Source: a virus
Lineage: Duplodnaviria; Heunggongvirae; Uroviricota; Caudoviricetes
Virus record (IMG/VR): IMGVR_UViG_3300042456_000759
DNA length: 64,000 nucleotides
Strand: one strand, 5' to 3'
A program made the translations under genes and the position numbers. Shown one piece after another: positions 61,186-64,000 of this stretch (its first letter is position 1; each line of letters begins with the position of its first letter). The notes under the pieces were generated by a model. It saw nothing but the letters and a program-made list of their open reading frames with translations, was not told where the DNA came from and ran no database searches.

Positions 61186-61923
61186 TTATTTATAAATTAG
61201 ATTTGTAATAAACATGTTAATTATAGCTTGTTCTCCAGCTGATAATGTTGAAACTAATCCATCCGTCCCATCTGATAATAAATAACATATTTTATTAGAA
61301 TGTTCATTATAATATACCTTATTAATATCTTTAAAGTTTTCAAATTTAGAAAAACTACTAGGAGGTATATCAATACCTATTTTTAATTTATTATATACAG
61401 CTTCTGCATATAATATATCATATAACTTATAAATTTTACAAAGTTGTAAAATGTCATTATCATTTATAAGTCCTTTAGGTAATAATGAATTTTTAAGATG
61501 AATATATTTTTCTAATTCTGTTAATAATCTCATGTTAGAAGACATATAAACAATATTAGTTCCAACATCACAAACTACTTTATTTACATCTAAATTTACA
61601 ATTGTACCATAATCAAATTTAACAATTATTTCAAATTCAGAAGTAAAAGTTACAGAAATATCTCCATTTATATTTTGATTATCAAAACAATTATCAAAAA
61701 AGAATTGAGCTTGTTTTTTTGTAATATCTAGATCTTTAGTCATAATATACATATTAGAAATAGAAACTAAACAATAAGATAATTTATTAAAAAAACTTTT
61801 TCCACTACCATTTGCACCTGTCAATAATGTCAGTTTATTATATTCGATCTCAGAATCAAATTCAAACGGTTTATCAATTTGAATTTTCAATTTATCTATT
61901 TGTCCTAAGTTATTTGTACTCAT
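61186..61923 (-). CDS. ABC/SMC-type ATPase-like protein, apparently lacking Walker B
   Basis: LLTGANGSGKS (Walker A) and LSAGEQ (signature); the ORF ends 13 residues later. Confidence 0.6.
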   Translation of the reverse strand: MSTNNLGQIDKLKIQIDKPFEFDSEIEYNKLTLLTGANGSGKSFFNKLSYCLVSISNMYIMTKDLDITKKQAQFFFDNCFDNQNINGDISVTFTSEFEIIVKFDYGTIVNLDVNKVVCDVGTNIVYMSSNMRLLTELEKYIHLKNSLLPKGLINDNDILQLCKIYKLYDILYAEAVYNKLKIGIDIPPSSFSKFENFKDINKVYYNEHSNKICYLLSDGTDGLVSTLSAGEQAIINMFITNLIYK

Positions 61924-61932
61924 TTAGTAATA

Positions 61933-62433
61933 TTATTTAAGTCTTTTTAGAATAAATTGAAATTCTCCATAGTTTTCATTAGAATCATATGTATCAACTG
62001 TTTCTATTAACTCTTCACTTTCTTCTTTTTTCATAATAGTAATTGATCGATCACTAAATTCACATGCTAAAACTAAACATGATTTTTTATCTGGATCTTC
62101 AGATACTTTAATATCATGTACTTCTTTAACTTCTTTTATATCTTTTTGTACATACCAAGCATTTAATATTGATATTAATAATATAGGTTTAATCTCCTCT
62201 TTTGATTGCTTCAATGTCATTTCTAAAGCTATTTTAGACGCTTTTTTAGACGTTTCATCTTCTGTATCAAGAGCAAACTTTGTATATTCTATTTCTTGAG
62301 TATCTAATCTTTCATATGCTAATATAAATACACTCGGTATTTCACTACCATTCTTAATTGCCACATTATTAGCAATATTAACTTCTAATAAAAGTTTTTT
62401 TAATCTGTTTGTCAATGTTTCTATATAAGTCAT
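61933..62433 (-). CDS. Hypothetical protein (166 aa)
   Basis: ORF track. Confidence 0.55.
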   Translation of the reverse strand: MTYIETLTNRLKKLLLEVNIANNVAIKNGSEIPSVFILAYERLDTQEIEYTKFALDTEDETSKKASKIALEMTLKQSKEEIKPILLISILNAWYVQKDIKEVKEVHDIKVSEDPDKKSCLVLACEFSDRSITIMKKEESEELIETVDTYDSNENYGEFQFILKRLK

Positions 62434-62671
62434 TATATATTGTTTTTATTTCATTTACATATAATATATATTTATAATATATGATGTTAATTTTTTTATT
62501 TTTTTGTTTAGCTTCTGCGTATTTAATAAGAAATTCTAAATTCATGGAATATATAATATTGTAAGGTTGTTTTTATGAATATCAATTTCAGGATATTTAT
62601 CTTTAAATGTTTTTGAATCAAATTTTTCAGTAATTAAATGATGACTTAATTCTTTCTGTATAAAATCATAA

Positions 62672-63070
62672 CTACTCTTTTGCTTCATATTTAGCTTTTA
62701 ATTTATTATATAATTCTAATTCTTCTTGTGCTTGTTTTAACTTTCTTTCTTTTGCAGCTTTTTTTATAGCATTAGATCTTTTTTTCTGTAGTTCTTCTCT
62801 TTCACGACACTCTTCATCTGTTTCTAATCTATATACTTCTATTTCTAAATCTAAATCGTTATAATCTCTTTTAATATATATTTCTTCATATAGTTCAAAA
62901 GGAGTAAACTTTTCAGCAGGAACATTCTTTTGTCGTTCTAAATATGCTAAATGTAAATTTTGTCTAATATTTAAAATATTAGCACTAACTTCAGTTATAT
63001 CTCCTTCAATAATATCTATATCTAAATAAATATAAGGAACGTCTTTAATTCTTATTTTTTGTTTTTCCAT
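62672..63070 (-). CDS. Hypothetical protein with C-terminal coiled coil (132 aa)
   Basis: YRLETDEEC.ERE...ELELYNKLKAKYE, a common small phage protein pattern. Confidence 0.6.
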   Translation of the reverse strand: MEKQKIRIKDVPYIYLDIDIIEGDITEVSANILNIRQNLHLAYLERQKNVPAEKFTPFELYEEIYIKRDYNDLDLEIEVYRLETDEECREREELQKKRSNAIKKAAKERKLKQAQEELELYNKLKAKYEAKE

Positions 63071-63261
63071 TAAAATAACTTTTTATAAGATTCTAACCAA
63101 ATTTTAATATCTGTTACGACTTCTTCTTTATTAGTTGTAATTAATATATTACTTGTCCCTTCTTTTTTTATTTGTTCTATTACACTCATAATTAACTCCC
63201 AATTAGTTTCAGGAGTTAATATTTTCTCAATAATATTAATTAAACTTTCATTTTTTCTCAT
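63070..63261 (-). CDS. Hypothetical protein (63 aa)
   Basis: ORF coupled on both sides. Confidence 0.5.
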   Translation of the reverse strand: MRKNESLINIIEKILTPETNWELIMSVIEQIKKEGTSNILITTNKEEVVTDIKIWLESYKKLF

Positions 63262-63470
63262 TGTTTTACTAATATTTCATGTAAAAAGACTTCAGCTTCA
63301 GAGTTTCCTTTATTATATTCTATTAATATAGGTGTATGTTTATCAAAATCTTCTATATTAATATCTTTTATATATGATATTGTATAATCGTTTCCTGGTA
63401 TAGGATCGGGATCATTCCAAATTAATGGAATATTATTATCAATACAATCTAATAATTGTTCTAAATTCAT
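63258..63470 (-). CDS. Hypothetical protein (70 aa)
   Basis: ORF coupled on both sides. Confidence 0.55.
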   Translation of the reverse strand: MNLEQLLDCIDNNIPLIWNDPDPIPGNDYTISYIKDINIEDFDKHTPILIEYNKGNSEAEVFLHEILVKQ

Positions 63471-63772
63471 TTCTCTTTTTCTATAGTTGTTTTTCCTTCA
63501 TGATGATGAATACTAACAGAAGATGTTTCTTTTAAAGGAATTATATATGTAATCCATCCAAATAAGAAATTAATTACATTTACAACTTTTGTAAAAGTTA
63601 TAAAGTTTTTATAATCATTTTCAGTTAATAAATTAGAATTACAGTTTGGACAAGGTTTATTGATATATTCTTTTATATTATTATCAATACTTGGGACTGT
63701 ATAATTACAGTTTGGATTATCACATATAATTAAAGTTTCCTGTGACATTTCTATTATTTTTCCTTTTTTCAT
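63467..63772 (-). CDS. Putative Zn-ribbon protein (101 aa)
   Basis: CDNPNC and CPNC pairs. Confidence 0.6.
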   Translation of the reverse strand: MKKGKIIEMSQETLIICDNPNCNYTVPSIDNNIKEYINKPCPNCNSNLLTENDYKNFITFTKVVNVINFLFGWITYIIPLKETSSVSIHHHEGKTTIEKEK

Positions 63773-63783
63773 AATTGTATTAA

Positions 63784-63820
63784 AATAAAAAAGAGACCTA
63801 TTGTAGATCTCTTTTTTATT
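63784..63820. terminator. Intrinsic terminator
   Basis: aataaaaaagagaccta-ttg-tagatctcttttttatt, with one mismatch. Confidence 0.75.
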
Positions 63821-63826
63821 ATTTGT

Positions 63827-64000
63827 TTAAACGTTAATTAATGTTAAATTTTTTATAGCGTTACTTTTACCTGGTAAATGCTCTAATTGACCTTTATATT
63901 TGTTATATAAGCTATCCATAGTACATATATATGCTAATTTACCTGAATAAAACACCCAAACAGAATTAGAGAAGATATGTTCTATTATAATTGTAAATTG
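63827..64000 (-). CDS. 3' end of a gene that starts beyond the window
   Basis: The frame is open from 64000 to a TAA at 63827, just before the terminator. Confidence 0.5.
   Translation of the reverse strand, partial: QFTIIIEHIFSNSVWVFYSGKLAYICTMDSLYNKYKGQLEHLPGKSNAIKNLTLINV

Noticed and set aside
62440-62687. Two small - strand ORFs (48 aa MKQKSSYDF... and 30 aa MNLEFLIKY...) filling the gap
   Set aside because: Plausibly real small genes, but there is no motif or other support.
1-64000. Alternative genetic code (TAG or TGA reassignment, known in some crAss-like phages)
   Set aside because: Genes up to 14.5 kb are uninterrupted under the standard code. Coding density is high, and TGA and TAG both end genes at sensible places (ATGA overlaps; VWA exon 2 TAG directly before a terminator).
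1-64000. CRISPR array, tRNA/rRNA genes, diversity-generating retroelement, integrase or IS element
   Set aside because: I saw no regularly spaced repeats, cloverleaf-like intergenic segments, reverse transcriptase or recombinase/transposase motifs. Intergenic gaps are very short. A tRNAscan-SE/Infernal run would be needed to fully exclude small RNAs.

Overview
The window is a contiguous 64 kb piece of an AT-rich crAss-like (Crassvirales-type) phage genome, probably infecting a Bacteroidota host. The host inference rests on TAnnTTTG promoter boxes, AT-rich start contexts without obvious Shine-Dalgarno sites, and a Bacteroidota-type lipobox. The + strand (1-38086) is a late/virion region. It holds a run of virion-cargo genes: a tail-lysozyme-domain protein, 383, 554 and 925 aa proteins, a 4835 aa virion RNA polymerase with the DFDID catalytic motif, a ferritin, and 1684 and 1786 aa polyvalent proteins. 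Lysis genes, fibre genes and a predicted lipoprotein follow. The - strand (38153-64000) is a replication/early region with RecA, MazG-like, class II RNR, PD-(D/E)XK exonuclease, helicase, primase, SSB-like, SF2 helicase-like and MoxR AAA + VWA genes, plus many small paralogous ORFs. The two halves converge on a bidirectional terminator. The most notable observations are: (1) an in-frame array of apparently swappable domain cassettes bounded by repeated linkers inside the virion RNAP; (2) Cys residues confined almost entirely to matching termini of consecutive giant cargo proteins, suggesting a head-to-tail docking or disulfide chain; (3) a cargo protein with GNAT, ART-like, zincin and 2H-phosphoesterase domains; (4) a group IA2 intron with a LAGLIDADG endonuclease splitting a VWA gene, with splice sites fixed by P1/P10 pairing. 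All family assignments come from motif recognition by eye; no database search was run.
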